Part shown: one piece after another, positions 1 through 9,498 of the stretch | Layout of the letters: the number at the start of each line of letters is the position of its first letter | Position numbering within the stretch: position 1 is the first letter of the stretch | Source of the DNA: Candidatus Amesbacteria bacterium | GTDB lineage: Bacteria; Patescibacteriota; Microgenomatia; CAZETR01; Amesbacteraceae | Direction: 5' to 3' | NCBI GenBank assembly: GCA_027331445.1 | Contig: DAHWUD010000002.1 | Location: forward strand, 13,018-77,017 | Length of the DNA stretch: 64,000 bases | Made by a program: the position numbers and the translations under genes | Notes under the pieces: generated by a model | Told to the model about the DNA's origin: nothing | Seen by the model: the letters and a program-made list of their open reading frames with translations, nothing else | Database searches by the model: none

Positions 1-259
1 TTCTGTCCGTGGTAAAGACCGATATTGGTGTACCAGCTCGGCTCTGACATTTCTTTCAAACAGTGGCCGTTTTACCTGATTTTTACCTTGGCCGCCTCCT
101 GGGATATGACTGTCTGCGGTTACCTTGCCCAAACGATAAAAAGCCCCACCCAAATTCTCTATCGCATTCAATTCCGGTTCTCGCGTTTCCTGCTGCCTTG
201 GTCCGATACTGCTCTCTTCTGTTTCACCCATGGAATCATTATAATCCCGATCCCGTTTA

Positions 260-1663
260 TTATTCCGCCTTGGTCAGGTTTTTCAAAAACTCGTCGTTAG
301 TCTTGGTCTTTTTCATTTTCTGGATTAAAAGTTCCGTCCGTTCATCGTCGTTAAGCATGTCCAGCATCCGCCGCAGTTGAATCACCTTTTCATATCTGTC
401 GCCCAGCAGTTTTTCCTCCCCTCGGGTGCCCGATTTTATCAGTTCAAACGCCGGGAATACCCGCCGGTCCGCCAAGCGTCGGTCCAAGTGCAGTTCCATG
501 TTACCGGTGCCTTTAAATTCTTCGTACACCAAATCGTCCTGCCTTGATCCCGTCTCCACGAGGCACGTCCCCAAAATCGTCAGCGACCCGCCTTCTTCAA
601 ACTTCCGCGCCGCTCCGAAAGCCTTCTTCGCCGGATAAATTGCCGCCGCGGAAAACCCACCGGACAGCGTCTTGCCCGAATCGGAAGTGATCATGTTATA
701 TGCCCTGGCGAGCCTGGTTATCGAATCCAGAAGAATAAACACATCTTTACCCATCTCGACCAGTCTTTTGGCCCTCTCTAAAGCCAGCTCGGCAATCCGC
801 ACCTGCTCCAAGGGCGGCTCGTCAAAATGAGACGCCGCCACTTCTCCCTTAAGTGATCGCGACACTTCCGTAACTTCTTCCGGCCGCTCGCCGATAAGTA
901 CCGCCATCAAATGCATTTCCGGATAGTTTTGCGACAACGATTCGGCGATCTCCTTAAGTAGCCACGTCTTCCCCGCCTTGGGCTGAGCCACGATCAGTCC
1001 CCGCTGTCCCTTGCCGATGGGTGCAATCAAATCAATAATCCGCGTCGACAAAATTTCCGGTTTGGTTTCCAGCCTGATCTGTTCGTCCGGGAACACCGCC
1101 GTCATCTTGTCAAATTCCGGCCGGTTTCCCGCCTCTTCCGGCGTCATCCCGTTCACTTTTTCCACTTTAAGTAAGCCCCAGAACCGCTCATTTTCTTTAG
1201 GTTCCCGGGCTTGCCCGCCCACCAAATCTCCGGGCCGCAGATTAAACCTTCTTACCTGGGAGGAGGAAATATATACATCCTTTGACGAGGGAATCATCTT
1301 GGGCCGCAGATAGCCGTGCCCGTCCGGAGTAATATCCAAAAACCCTTCTACAAATTCCGTCGGCCACCCGGCATCCGGAATTACCCGTTCGTCCACCGTC
1401 CCGTCAAAGTTTTCCGCCGGCTGTTGGGCCGCCCCGTAATCGCGCTGTTGTCGAGGCACAAAGGGAGCCCGGACCGGCCTAATCTGACCCATTTGTCCGC
1501 TATTTCCCTGCCGCGGCGGCACCCGGCCGATCACCCGGACCACTCCAGGCCGCATCATTGACCGCACTCCGGGACGGGCCATAACCACCCCGGCATCGTT
1601 TTCCTGTTGATTTATTTCGGGGGCGTTATCCACGCCACCGGGAACCGTATCATTCATAAACAT
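260..1663 (-). CDS. rho: Transcription termination factor Rho with low-complexity N-terminal extension
   Basis: [80 protein letters not shown]. Confidence 0.97.
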   Translation of the reverse strand: MFMNDTVPGGVDNAPEINQQENDAGVVMARPGVRSMMRPGVVRVIGRVPPRQGNSGQMGQIRPVRAPFVPRQQRDYGAAQQPAENFDGTVDERVIPDAGWPTEFVEGFLDITPDGHGYLRPKMIPSSKDVYISSSQVRRFNLRPGDLVGGQAREPKENERFWGLLKVEKVNGMTPEEAGNRPEFDKMTAVFPDEQIRLETKPEILSTRIIDLIAPIGKGQRGLIVAQPKAGKTWLLKEIAESLSQNYPEMHLMAVLIGERPEEVTEVSRSLKGEVAASHFDEPPLEQVRIAELALERAKRLVEMGKDVFILLDSITRLARAYNMITSDSGKTLSGGFSAAAIYPAKKAFGAARKFEEGGSLTILGTCLVETGSRQDDLVYEEFKGTGNMELHLDRRLADRRVFPAFELIKSGTRGEEKLLGDRYEKVIQLRRMLDMLNDDERTELLIQKMKKTKTNDEFLKNLTKAE

Positions 1664-1743
1664 CTGTCTTTAGTGAAGCATTGTCCAAAGAGGCAACCGC
1701 AAGGATCAAAACTTGGCCTAGTATAGCATTCCCCCCCACTCTG

Positions 1744-2490
1744 TCAATAGACCCTCTTGGCCGTCACCACCAGCCGTTTCCAGCTCGTCCCCGGCGGGTA
1801 ACAGGTCTGCAGCACCAACTTTTCCGTTTGGTTTTGCGGCACCAGATACCTGGTATCGGCAGCCGCCAGTATCTCTTTATTTACCACCTCGTATTTATAC
1901 AATTTTTGCTGGTACATAATATCGATTTCATCTCCGTTTTCTACCTTGTCAAGCAGGTAAAACACGGCGTTAAACCTCGCATAATCTACCCGACTGCCCA
2001 CCGAATGTGCAAACAAAAATGTCGTCCCCATCTCACCCGGATGCGAGAGTCCCGCTGCCTCGGCTACCCCCTTGGACAATGCCGCCAAATATAGTGTCGG
2101 GTTGCCCGCATCCACATTCGGAATCACCTTCGACACGGCGCCGATTTTGGGAATATTGATTGAATAATTTACATCCGGCACATCCCAGGTCGGCTGCACC
2201 GCCAAAGCTACTGCCTTATTCTGGCTGTTGGCGGCAAAACTCCTCTGAGTCTGGTGTACCAGCCGCCCCAGGTCGGATTGCATCCAAGCATATCGCACCT
2301 CTGCCATGCCCAGAGGTATATAGATGCCCACAATTCCCACTACCGCTACTGCCATCATTACCAGCCCCCCCAAGCTGAGGATTCTGGCCAAAATCGGCAG
2401 CCACTTCAGTCTTTTGCCTATCTGTACTTCTCCTCTTCCCGGCTCCCCGTAGACTACACCCGATTTTAAGCTAATCTTTTGTGTGCCCAT
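1744..2490 (-). CDS. Sortase (membrane-anchored transpeptidase)
   Basis: N-terminal TM helix; catalytic His (FAHS), LVLQTCYPPG and downstream Arg (KRLVV). Confidence 0.92.
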   Translation of the reverse strand: MGTQKISLKSGVVYGEPGRGEVQIGKRLKWLPILARILSLGGLVMMAVAVVGIVGIYIPLGMAEVRYAWMQSDLGRLVHQTQRSFAANSQNKAVALAVQPTWDVPDVNYSINIPKIGAVSKVIPNVDAGNPTLYLAALSKGVAEAAGLSHPGEMGTTFLFAHSVGSRVDYARFNAVFYLLDKVENGDEIDIMYQQKLYKYEVVNKEILAAADTRYLVPQNQTEKLVLQTCYPPGTSWKRLVVTAKRVY

Positions 2491-3200
2491 TTTCTTATAC
2501 TATATCCTCCCGCACCCACGGCCGCGAAGGCCAGTGTCTGCCACAGCGTTCCGTCCGCTCCCGTCTTGGGCGTGGTTGCCGCTACGGCTGATCCTGTTGC
2601 CGTAGTCGTGGTCACGGTCCCGCCTCCCATTATCGTATTCGCTGGCGTCGGCGTCACCGTCGCCGTCGGTGCCGGAGTGGTCTGCGGCGCAATTAGGGTC
2701 GTCCCCAACACCTTGGCGTAGGAAAAATCGCCCCCGTTGATATTCCCTATACCCACATACTGAGTCGTCATATTTGCCCCCGACTGGTCGGGTGTTATCG
2801 GCGTTTGCACTCCGTTGGTCACAAACTCGGCGTTGTTTCCGGCTTCATAGCTGATAGAACTGGCCGGCCCGTTCAGATTGATCGTAATCGGCTGTACCAC
2901 CTCTGCCGCATTGTCCGCCACGGCGTGTACCGTCAGCACCAGGGGGTTGGCCTCCCCGCCGGGCAAATCCACCTTGATCCTCACATTATTGGCCACCGTT
3001 CCGTCAGTCGTATTTTTTACCTCAAAAAACAGTAAAAACGTATCCCCGGGCTTGGCCTCATTGTTCGTTCCCCAGGCTCCCCCGCTTTCCAGGCTTCTTC
3101 CCTGCGCCTCCAATACCAACACCGGCCCGTCAGCTTTCACCGGCCCAGCCGTCACCACTAGCAAAACCAAGGCTAAACCCGCTCCTATTACCTTCTTCAT
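2466..3200 (-). CDS. Secreted surface protein with LPXTG-like sorting signal (TPKTG)
   Basis: Signal peptide, beta-rich domain, Thr/Pro linker, TPKTG + hydrophobic segment + basic tail; next to sortase. Confidence 0.85.
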   Translation of the reverse strand: MKKVIGAGLALVLLVVTAGPVKADGPVLVLEAQGRSLESGGAWGTNNEAKPGDTFLLFFEVKNTTDGTVANNVRIKVDLPGGEANPLVLTVHAVADNAAEVVQPITINLNGPASSISYEAGNNAEFVTNGVQTPITPDQSGANMTTQYVGIGNINGGDFSYAKVLGTTLIAPQTTPAPTATVTPTPANTIMGGGTVTTTTATGSAVAATTPKTGADGTLWQTLAFAAVGAGGYSIRKWAHKRLA

Positions 3201-3242
3201 TCCACTATTATAGGATATTTTAGCCCCAAAATCAAGTCTCTT

Positions 3243-4055
3243 TTACCACACCTTTTTGGCCAAAAGGCGCATTCTCCACCCCGCCAGACCCGCCCCAATC
3301 AGTGCCACCGCTCCCCACCAGGAAGAAATCGCCGTATCTGGAGTAGTTTTAGCTACCGCAGCCGCGGCTACCTGGCCGCAAAAGCAGGTGCTGTCCGTCA
3401 CACAGGCCGGGTTCCGGCACACCCCCGATGTACACACATACCCCCCCTGGCAATCGTTGTCACCGGAGCAGGCCCTGCCGCACACACTCTGGTTGTAACT
3501 CACCGTCGGCGTCACCGTTACCGCAATCGCCAGACCGGATAGTTTAGAAACCGCCGTCGGTTCCGGCGTCACCACCGTCTTTATCGTGGGCGTCGGCGTC
3601 ACCGTTACCTGTGTCACCGCCCGGGTGGACACCGGCACGTTCACATACCCCGGCGTGCAGTCGCCCGAATACCACACCACGTAACCCAACAAATTACAGG
3701 ATGAGTCCCAGGTCCCATCATCCCGCCGGCATTTTTTATCAAATAGCGACAGTTGCACCGTCGTCCCGCACGCCGCCCCGGAGAGGTCTTCATAATTGTC
3801 CCAGCCGCTTTCCGAGCTCAGACATTGGGTCCACTTTCCCGAGCACGTCCACTTCACCACCCCGTTGTTATTGCTCTGACACGAACCCAGAGTCGGGTTG
3901 CATCCCAAATTACAGCTGTATGCCGTGGCGTTTGTCCCGCTGCCGCACAGGTTGGTGTAATACCCCTGCCCGTAGCCCAAACTTGCTTCCGCTGTCCCCC
4001 CGGTCCCCAACAGAAACCACAATCCGCCGATGATTATCACAAGCGCCTTTTTCAT
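3243..4055 (-). CDS. Cys-rich secreted surface protein with TPDTA sorting-like signal
   Basis: Signal peptide, many Cys, TPT linker, Cys-rich module CGRAC...CRNPAC...CFC, TPDTA + TM + basic tail. Confidence 0.85.
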   Translation of the reverse strand: MKKALVIIIGGLWFLLGTGGTAEASLGYGQGYYTNLCGSGTNATAYSCNLGCNPTLGSCQSNNNGVVKWTCSGKWTQCLSSESGWDNYEDLSGAACGTTVQLSLFDKKCRRDDGTWDSSCNLLGYVVWYSGDCTPGYVNVPVSTRAVTQVTVTPTPTIKTVVTPEPTAVSKLSGLAIAVTVTPTVSYNQSVCGRACSGDNDCQGGYVCTSGVCRNPACVTDSTCFCGQVAAAAVAKTTPDTAISSWWGAVALIGAGLAGWRMRLLAKKVW

Positions 4056-4066
4056 AAGTTTTTCTT

Positions 4067-4159
4067 CTCAGTGTGGAAGACCCGCCCTCCGGCAGCGGTA
4101 ATAAGCCTGCCCTACTTATCACTGCCTTAAATTCCGGCCGGCTGGCCTTCCACACTGAG
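4067..4159 (-). promoter_or_regulatory. Structured 5' leader of the sortase-substrate locus
   Basis: Perfect 13-bp inverted repeat CTCAGTGTGGAAG (4067-4079)/CTTCCACACTGAG (4147-4159) enclosing an inner hairpin at 4091-4126; ends 11 nt before the ATG. Confidence 0.5.
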
Positions 4160-4229
4160 GGCAAAGTTTTCACTTTACCGGTGTGGCTAAATCAATCAAA
4201 TTAGATCAATTTGGCGGCCAATTTTTTTC

Positions 4230-4361
4230 TTGACAAGGGTGTCTTTCGAGTGTTATCACCTTTAATCAAGTGAAAATCGCCACATCTGTCCAGGCGGTTT
4301 CCTCTCAAAGGGCATTGCTATTCGTGGCTGCAAATCCAGCGATGGCGATGCTCTTTTTTTT
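4230..4361 (+). ncRNA. Candidate small transcript (promoter to terminator), possibly with a 32-aa ORF
   Basis: TTGACA 4230-4235, TG-n-TATCAC 4251-4259, hairpin 4310-4353 + T8; GTG..TAA ORF at 4270-4368. Confidence 0.35.
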
Positions 4362-4364
4362 GAC

Positions 4365-4616
4365 TTAAGATCCCCTGGTCCCCGTCATCGAGATAAATCC
4401 CTGGTTCATTTTGCCCATCCGCACCAGCTGGCCGCGCATCCATGTTTCCCCCTTCACGGTTGTTCTTCGCCTACTTTTCTGATCCCTCTTCAGGAAACCG
4501 AGCAGCTTTTTCATACCTGGGCCATTTATATCATTTTCTGTCAATTTTATCAACCTATAGTCGAGCTGACCAAGAAAATATGAAATCCCATAGTCTGATT
4601 TAGTGACGTATTTCAC
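4365..4616 (-). CDS. Hypothetical protein (83 aa)
   Basis: ORF in the dominant orientation; no recognisable motif. Confidence 0.35.
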   Translation of the reverse strand: MKYVTKSDYGISYFLGQLDYRLIKLTENDINGPGMKKLLGFLKRDQKSRRRTTVKGETWMRGQLVRMGKMNQGFISMTGTRGS

Positions 4617-4631
4617 CTATATATAGCCATT

Positions 4632-4691
4632 TGTGGATAACTTGTTAATACCCACCCTTGTGTCTCACTGTCCAAACAGAATTGTGGATAA
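4632..4691. promoter_or_regulatory. Pair of perfect DnaA boxes
   Basis: TGTGGATAA (reverse complement of TTATCCACA) at 4632-4640 and 4683-4691, plus a degenerate box at 4643-4651. Confidence 0.6.
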
Positions 4692-5993
4692 CTATGCCAT
4701 TAACTTCTTTATCGCCGCCGCCACGCTTTTACCCGACTCCGCTGATGCCACCCGGTAACCCAATTTCTTGGCCTCCCGCACCCGCCGCTCCAGCCCCTGC
4801 ACCGTCCGTACCTCTCCCAAAAGCCCGATTTCCCCCACTGCCGCCACGTCGCCGGGGAGACTCTTTTTCAAAAACGCCGAGGCGATCGCCAGGCAGATTG
4901 CCAAATCCACTCCCCGATCAGCGAGACGGATTCCCCCGGTTACGTTCACAAAAATATCTTCCCCTTCCAGGCGCAAACCCGCCCTGGCCGTCAGCACCGC
5001 CACTAGCATCTGCAGTCTGGCGAAATCCACTCCGGTCGCCACCCGTCGGGGTATCGGGGATAAGGACGCCACTGCCAGGGCCTGGATTTCCGCCAGCATC
5101 GGCCGTTTGCCCTCCATCACCACCGAAACGACACTCCCCGGCACGTTTTTTACCCTCTCTGCCAAAAAAAACTGCGACGGGTTGGCCACTCCCGTCAGCC
5201 CCTTTTCTCCCATTTCAAATACTCCCACTTCATCAGTTGGCCCGAACCGGTTTTTGACCGCCCGCACCAGCCTGATAGACAGACTCCGCTCCCCCTCAAA
5301 CCATAGTACTGTATCCACCACATGCTCCAGTACCCGCGGCCCGGCAATATTTCCCTCCTTGGTTACATGCCCCACCAAAAATAATGGTATATTCATTCTC
5401 TTGGCCACATCGGTCAACCTCTGGGCACACTCCCGCACCTGCCCTACTGCTCCTGCCCCTCCGGTCAAATCCGTCGTCGTCAGCGTCTGAATCGAATCTA
5501 TTATCACCAGCCCCGGCTTCTCCGCCTGTATCTTGGCCGCAATCTCATCTGCGTCAGTCGACTCAAACAGCCAAATTTCCCCTTTTCCCATAAGTCTCTT
5601 CACCCGCAGTGCCACCTGGCTGGCTGACTCTTCCCCGCATACGTACAACACCTTCGTCTTTTCCATATTTAAAGCCACTTGGGTCAAAAGCGTGCTTTTT
5701 CCGATTCCCGGTTCCCCAGCCACCAACACAGTCATTCCCGGTACCAGCCCTCCTCCCAGCACATTGTCCAATTCTTCCTCCCCCGTCTTCACCCTCTGGC
5801 TTTCGCTGACCTTCACCTCCGACAATTTATAAATTTTCCCCGATTGATTCTTGGATTTTGAATCTTGAACTTTGCCCTCGATAGTAGTTTCTACCAGGCT
5901 ATTCCACTCCCCGCAGTTCGGGCATCTGCCCGCCCACCCCGCCTGTGTATAACCGCATTGCTGGCACACAAATTGCGAATGGGTTTTCGCCAT
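4692..5993 (-). CDS. radA: DNA repair protein RadA/Sms
   Basis: C4 zinc finger CQQCG..CPNCG, GEPGIGKST, KNRFG motif, Lon-like C-terminus. Confidence 0.97.
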   Translation of the reverse strand: MAKTHSQFVCQQCGYTQAGWAGRCPNCGEWNSLVETTIEGKVQDSKSKNQSGKIYKLSEVKVSESQRVKTGEEELDNVLGGGLVPGMTVLVAGEPGIGKSTLLTQVALNMEKTKVLYVCGEESASQVALRVKRLMGKGEIWLFESTDADEIAAKIQAEKPGLVIIDSIQTLTTTDLTGGAGAVGQVRECAQRLTDVAKRMNIPLFLVGHVTKEGNIAGPRVLEHVVDTVLWFEGERSLSIRLVRAVKNRFGPTDEVGVFEMGEKGLTGVANPSQFFLAERVKNVPGSVVSVVMEGKRPMLAEIQALAVASLSPIPRRVATGVDFARLQMLVAVLTARAGLRLEGEDIFVNVTGGIRLADRGVDLAICLAIASAFLKKSLPGDVAAVGEIGLLGEVRTVQGLERRVREAKKLGYRVASAESGKSVAAAIKKLMA

Positions 5994-6018
5994 GCCCCAT
6001 TTATATCACATTACCAAA

Positions 6019-7125
6019 CTACTTATACCCCACCGGCTTGGACGTCAATACCATCCCCAGTGACAACCGTCTTTTATCTAAATCCACGGATTCCACAAAC
6101 ACTTCCACTTTTTCTCCCTCGGAAAAGGCCTTGTCTGCAGGCATCTTCGACGCATGGATCAGCCCCTCGATTCCTTTTTCCAACCTCACCAGCACTCCGT
6201 AAGGCGCAATCTTAGTCACCACACCGCTGTGTTTGCTGTCCACTTTATATTTCTCACCCACCACCAGCCACGGATCGGCCGACAGCCGCTTCATGGACAG
6301 AGCGAGCTTTCCCGTCTCCTCATCAATCCCTATGACCTGCACCTGCACCTTTTCCCCATCCTTTAAGACTTTATTTACTTCCTCCACTTTTTCCCATGAC
6401 ACCTCGCTGATATGTACGAGGCCCTCCAGGCTCTGCACGTTCTTACCCTTGCCCACTTTTATCTCCACAAAGGCTCCAAAAGGTACCATCCCGACAACCG
6501 TGCCTTCATATTCTCCGCCCATTTGCACCGCCGACAGGGCCTTCCGCCTCTCTTCCATCTCTACGGCATCGGAAACGGCTTTTTCTGACAGCACCAGCCG
6601 GTTTTGCCCCCGTTCCAACTCGATTACCTTTACCTGCAGGCTCTTCCCCACCGCTGCCGCCGCGTTTCCGTCCAGTTCCCGCCCCAATTGTGACGCGGGT
6701 ACAAATCCGGTTATCCCCTCAATTTCTACTAACAGCCCGCCTTTGGTTACTTCCTTACCCCGGGCGGTCAGTGTTTTTTCTTCGGCCAGCGCTTCCTCAA
6801 AAATCTTCCATCGGCTGTCCGCCGCCGCCCGCCGCAGTGACAAAATTACCTGCCCCGCATCGTTTTCGGCTATAAGCACTACCCCCGTTACTTCGTCTCC
6901 CGGCTTCATCGCCCGGAAATAATCCCTATTCAATTCATATTCCTGCTCCGAAACTACCGCCTCCGCCTTGCCCCCGATATCAATAAATACCGTCTTACTG
7001 GTCACTTCTATTACCTTTCCCTTTACCGTCTCACCTCTTTTAAACCCCTTCAGCTGATATCCCGTCGCCGCCAGGAGCTCCTCCATAGTGGCTGGTTGTT
7101 TGTTAGATGCTGTTTTGGTAGCCAA
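6019..7125 (-). CDS. rpsA: 30S ribosomal protein S1 (short, four S1 domains)
   Basis: Repeated S1 motifs (FGAFV, EGLVHISEVSW, EGLIHAS). Confidence 0.9.
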   Translation of the reverse strand: MATKTASNKQPATMEELLAATGYQLKGFKRGETVKGKVIEVTSKTVFIDIGGKAEAVVSEQEYELNRDYFRAMKPGDEVTGVVLIAENDAGQVILSLRRAAADSRWKIFEEALAEEKTLTARGKEVTKGGLLVEIEGITGFVPASQLGRELDGNAAAAVGKSLQVKVIELERGQNRLVLSEKAVSDAVEMEERRKALSAVQMGGEYEGTVVGMVPFGAFVEIKVGKGKNVQSLEGLVHISEVSWEKVEEVNKVLKDGEKVQVQVIGIDEETGKLALSMKRLSADPWLVVGEKYKVDSKHSGVVTKIAPYGVLVRLEKGIEGLIHASKMPADKAFSEGEKVEVFVESVDLDKRRLSLGMVLTSKPVGYK

Positions 7126-7128
7126 AAT

Positions 7129-7449
7129 TCATTTCCGCCTTTCTTTAGAGATGTTGGTATTATAGCCAAAATCAACTTTTTTATCAACCAACTCCACTCC
7201 CTCGGCGGCAAGCCTCTTTCTCTGCTGGACCGGCCCACCGAAGGCATATCCCGGCGCCAGGCTCCCGTCGGCAAACACCACCCGGTGGCAAGGCACCCCG
7301 GGGTCTTTATTTGCATGCAGCGCCTGTCCCACTCTCCGCGCATCTCTGGTCCCTATTGCCGCCGCCACCTGCCCGTACGTCATCACCCGACCCCTGGGTA
7401 TCCTTTTCACCACATCGTAAACCCGCTCAAAAAAACTTTTATCTACCAT
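7129..7449 (-). CDS. O6-alkylguanine-DNA alkyltransferase family protein (MGMT/Ogt-like)
   Basis: IPRGRVMTYGQVA and PCHRVV active-site motif. Confidence 0.92.
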   Translation of the reverse strand: MVDKSFFERVYDVVKRIPRGRVMTYGQVAAAIGTRDARRVGQALHANKDPGVPCHRVVFADGSLAPGYAFGGPVQQRKRLAAEGVELVDKKVDFGYNTNISKERRK

Positions 7450-9121
7450 TCCCTACCGCCGCTTCCACAAAACTTACAAACACCGGATGCGGGGACAACG
7501 GCCGGGATTTATATTCCGGATGAAACTGCGTCCCCACAAAAAACGGATGCACCGATCTGGGCAGTTCTATGGCTTCCACCAGCTTTCCGTCCGGACTGAC
7601 CCCCGACACCACTAGCCCCCTTCCCTCCAAAAACTTCCGATACTCGTTATTAAATTCATATCTATGGCGATGCCTCTCCCATACCCACTTTCGCCATTCT
7701 CCCTCTTTTTCTTTCTCGACCAATCCATTCGGCGTCTTCCCGTATTTTTTGTAAGCCTCCTCCAAAATACTCCCCGGCTTTATCCGGCATGGCCACGCGC
7801 CCAGCCGAATGGTCCCCCCATACTGGTGCGCTTCCAGATATTTTTTCTGGTCCGGCATCACGTGAATTACCGGATAGGCAGTCTTGGAATCAGCTTCTTC
7901 CGAATTGGCACCGGCCAGGCCGCACACATCCCTGGCATACTCAATGACAGCCATTTGCATCCCAAAACACAATCCCAGATATGGAACTTTGTTTTCCCTC
8001 GCCCACTTTACCGCGGCAATTTTTCCTTCGACTCCCCGGCTGCCCCATCCCTGCGGTACTACAATTCCGGCCGGGTGTAGTTTTTGCAGTTCCTTCGGAT
8101 CAAATTCCGTCGCATCGAATGGCACCACGTTAACTTTAACTTTGTTCGCCGCCCCGGCATGTCTTACTGCTTCCAGCACCGACACATACACGTCCCGATG
8201 TAAACTGCCTCCGTTCTTCACATACTTTCCGACCAAAGCAATATTTATTTCTTTTTCCGGTTTAGTCACCCGGCTCACAAAATCCTCCCACTTTTTCAAA
8301 TCCGGCTTTTTGACCGACAGCCCGAATTTTGATTGTATTTTAGCCGTCATTTCCTGCTTTTCCAAAATCAGCGGCACTTCATATATAGATTCGGCGTCCG
8401 GATCATCAAACAAAGCGTCCGGTTCCAGAAAACACCTCTTTCCCAGTGTCTCCAATCGGGGTCTGTCCATGGGATATTCCCCCCGGGTTATTAATATATC
8501 TGGCACAATTCCCGTTGACCGCAGCTGCATCACCGCATGCTGAGTCGGCTTGGTCTTCAGCTCGCCTACATTTTTCAAAAACGGCACATACGACACCATC
8601 ACGTACATCGCTTCCCGCTCCCGGCCTACCTCGCGTGCCGCAAACAAAAACGGCAGGTTCTCAATATCCCCCGTTGTCCCCCCGATTTCCACCACCATAA
8701 AGTCACACTTATCTTCCAGGGCATAAAACCGTCTTTTAATCTCATTGGGTACGTCCGGAATCATCTCCACGTCCCGCCCCTCATACACAAACGCCCTTTC
8801 ATTGGCAATAATCGTCTGGTACACCTTCCCGGAAGTGATATTGTTATCTTTGGAAAAACTCTCGTTGGCAAACCGCTCGTAATTCCCCAGGTCCTGGTCA
8901 ATTTCCCCTCCGTCATCGGTTACAAACACCTCCCCATGCTCCGCCGGCCGCATCGTCCCCGCGTCCACATTCAGGTACGGATCAATCTTGACGTGGTTTA
9001 CGCTATACCCCGCCGCCTTCAGAAGCAGGCCGATTGAGGAACAGACGATGCCCTTACCCAGGCCGGAAACCACCCCACCGCACACAAAAATATACTTTGT
9101 CTCTTTTCTCCGAGGCATCAA
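7439..9121 (-). CDS. pyrG: CTP synthase
   Basis: GGVVSGLGKG, KIDPYLNVDAGTM, KTKPTQH, GLCFGMQ, RHRHRYE, QFHPE. Confidence 0.98.
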   Translation of the reverse strand: MMPRRKETKYIFVCGGVVSGLGKGIVCSSIGLLLKAAGYSVNHVKIDPYLNVDAGTMRPAEHGEVFVTDDGGEIDQDLGNYERFANESFSKDNNITSGKVYQTIIANERAFVYEGRDVEMIPDVPNEIKRRFYALEDKCDFMVVEIGGTTGDIENLPFLFAAREVGREREAMYVMVSYVPFLKNVGELKTKPTQHAVMQLRSTGIVPDILITRGEYPMDRPRLETLGKRCFLEPDALFDDPDAESIYEVPLILEKQEMTAKIQSKFGLSVKKPDLKKWEDFVSRVTKPEKEINIALVGKYVKNGGSLHRDVYVSVLEAVRHAGAANKVKVNVVPFDATEFDPKELQKLHPAGIVVPQGWGSRGVEGKIAAVKWARENKVPYLGLCFGMQMAVIEYARDVCGLAGANSEEADSKTAYPVIHVMPDQKKYLEAHQYGGTIRLGAWPCRIKPGSILEEAYKKYGKTPNGLVEKEKEGEWRKWVWERHRHRYEFNNEYRKFLEGRGLVVSGVSPDGKLVEAIELPRSVHPFFVGTQFHPEYKSRPLSPHPVFVSFVEAAVGNGR

Positions 9122-9149
9122 CCATTTTTACCCTCTCATCAGCCTTTCG

Positions 9150-9452
9150 TCAACTGGGTTTATTCCAAGCATCGCGATATTCTTTTTCAGCCCTCCAAAC
9201 ATTTTTTGCAGTAACCACCCCCGTCACCACTTCAACCACCGTTGCACAAAACAACACTTCTGCATGCTTTGGATGCGAACTAATCGCCTGAATCAAGCCG
9301 ACCTTTTCTGCCCAATTCCAAACTTTGTACACATCATAAGCAATAAAACTTCCGTCAACAAAAAGCACAACACATCCAGCTAAAAAATGATTTACCGGGG
9401 CCACCGTCTTCTCCACCAACTCTCTTTCCTTACCAGGATTATGAGTTCCCAC
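9150..9452 (-). CDS. Hypothetical small membrane protein
   Basis: Two hydrophobic segments; fills the intergenic gap. Confidence 0.5.
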   Translation of the reverse strand: MGTHNPGKERELVEKTVAPVNHFLAGCVVLFVDGSFIAYDVYKVWNWAEKVGLIQAISSHPKHAEVLFCATVVEVVTGVVTAKNVWRAEKEYRDAWNKPS

Positions 9453-9498
9453 TTTACCAATTATAGGACAAAGGCCCCAGTTTCCAAATCTTCCTCAA

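Noticed and set aside
4067-4200. c-di-GMP or other known riboswitch
   Set aside because: The conserved motifs I can recall are absent; kept only as an unknown structured leader.
4620-4700. Replication origin
   Set aside because: No dnaA/dnaN nearby, only two perfect boxes, and no visible change in gene orientation or C-rich + strand skew across the site.
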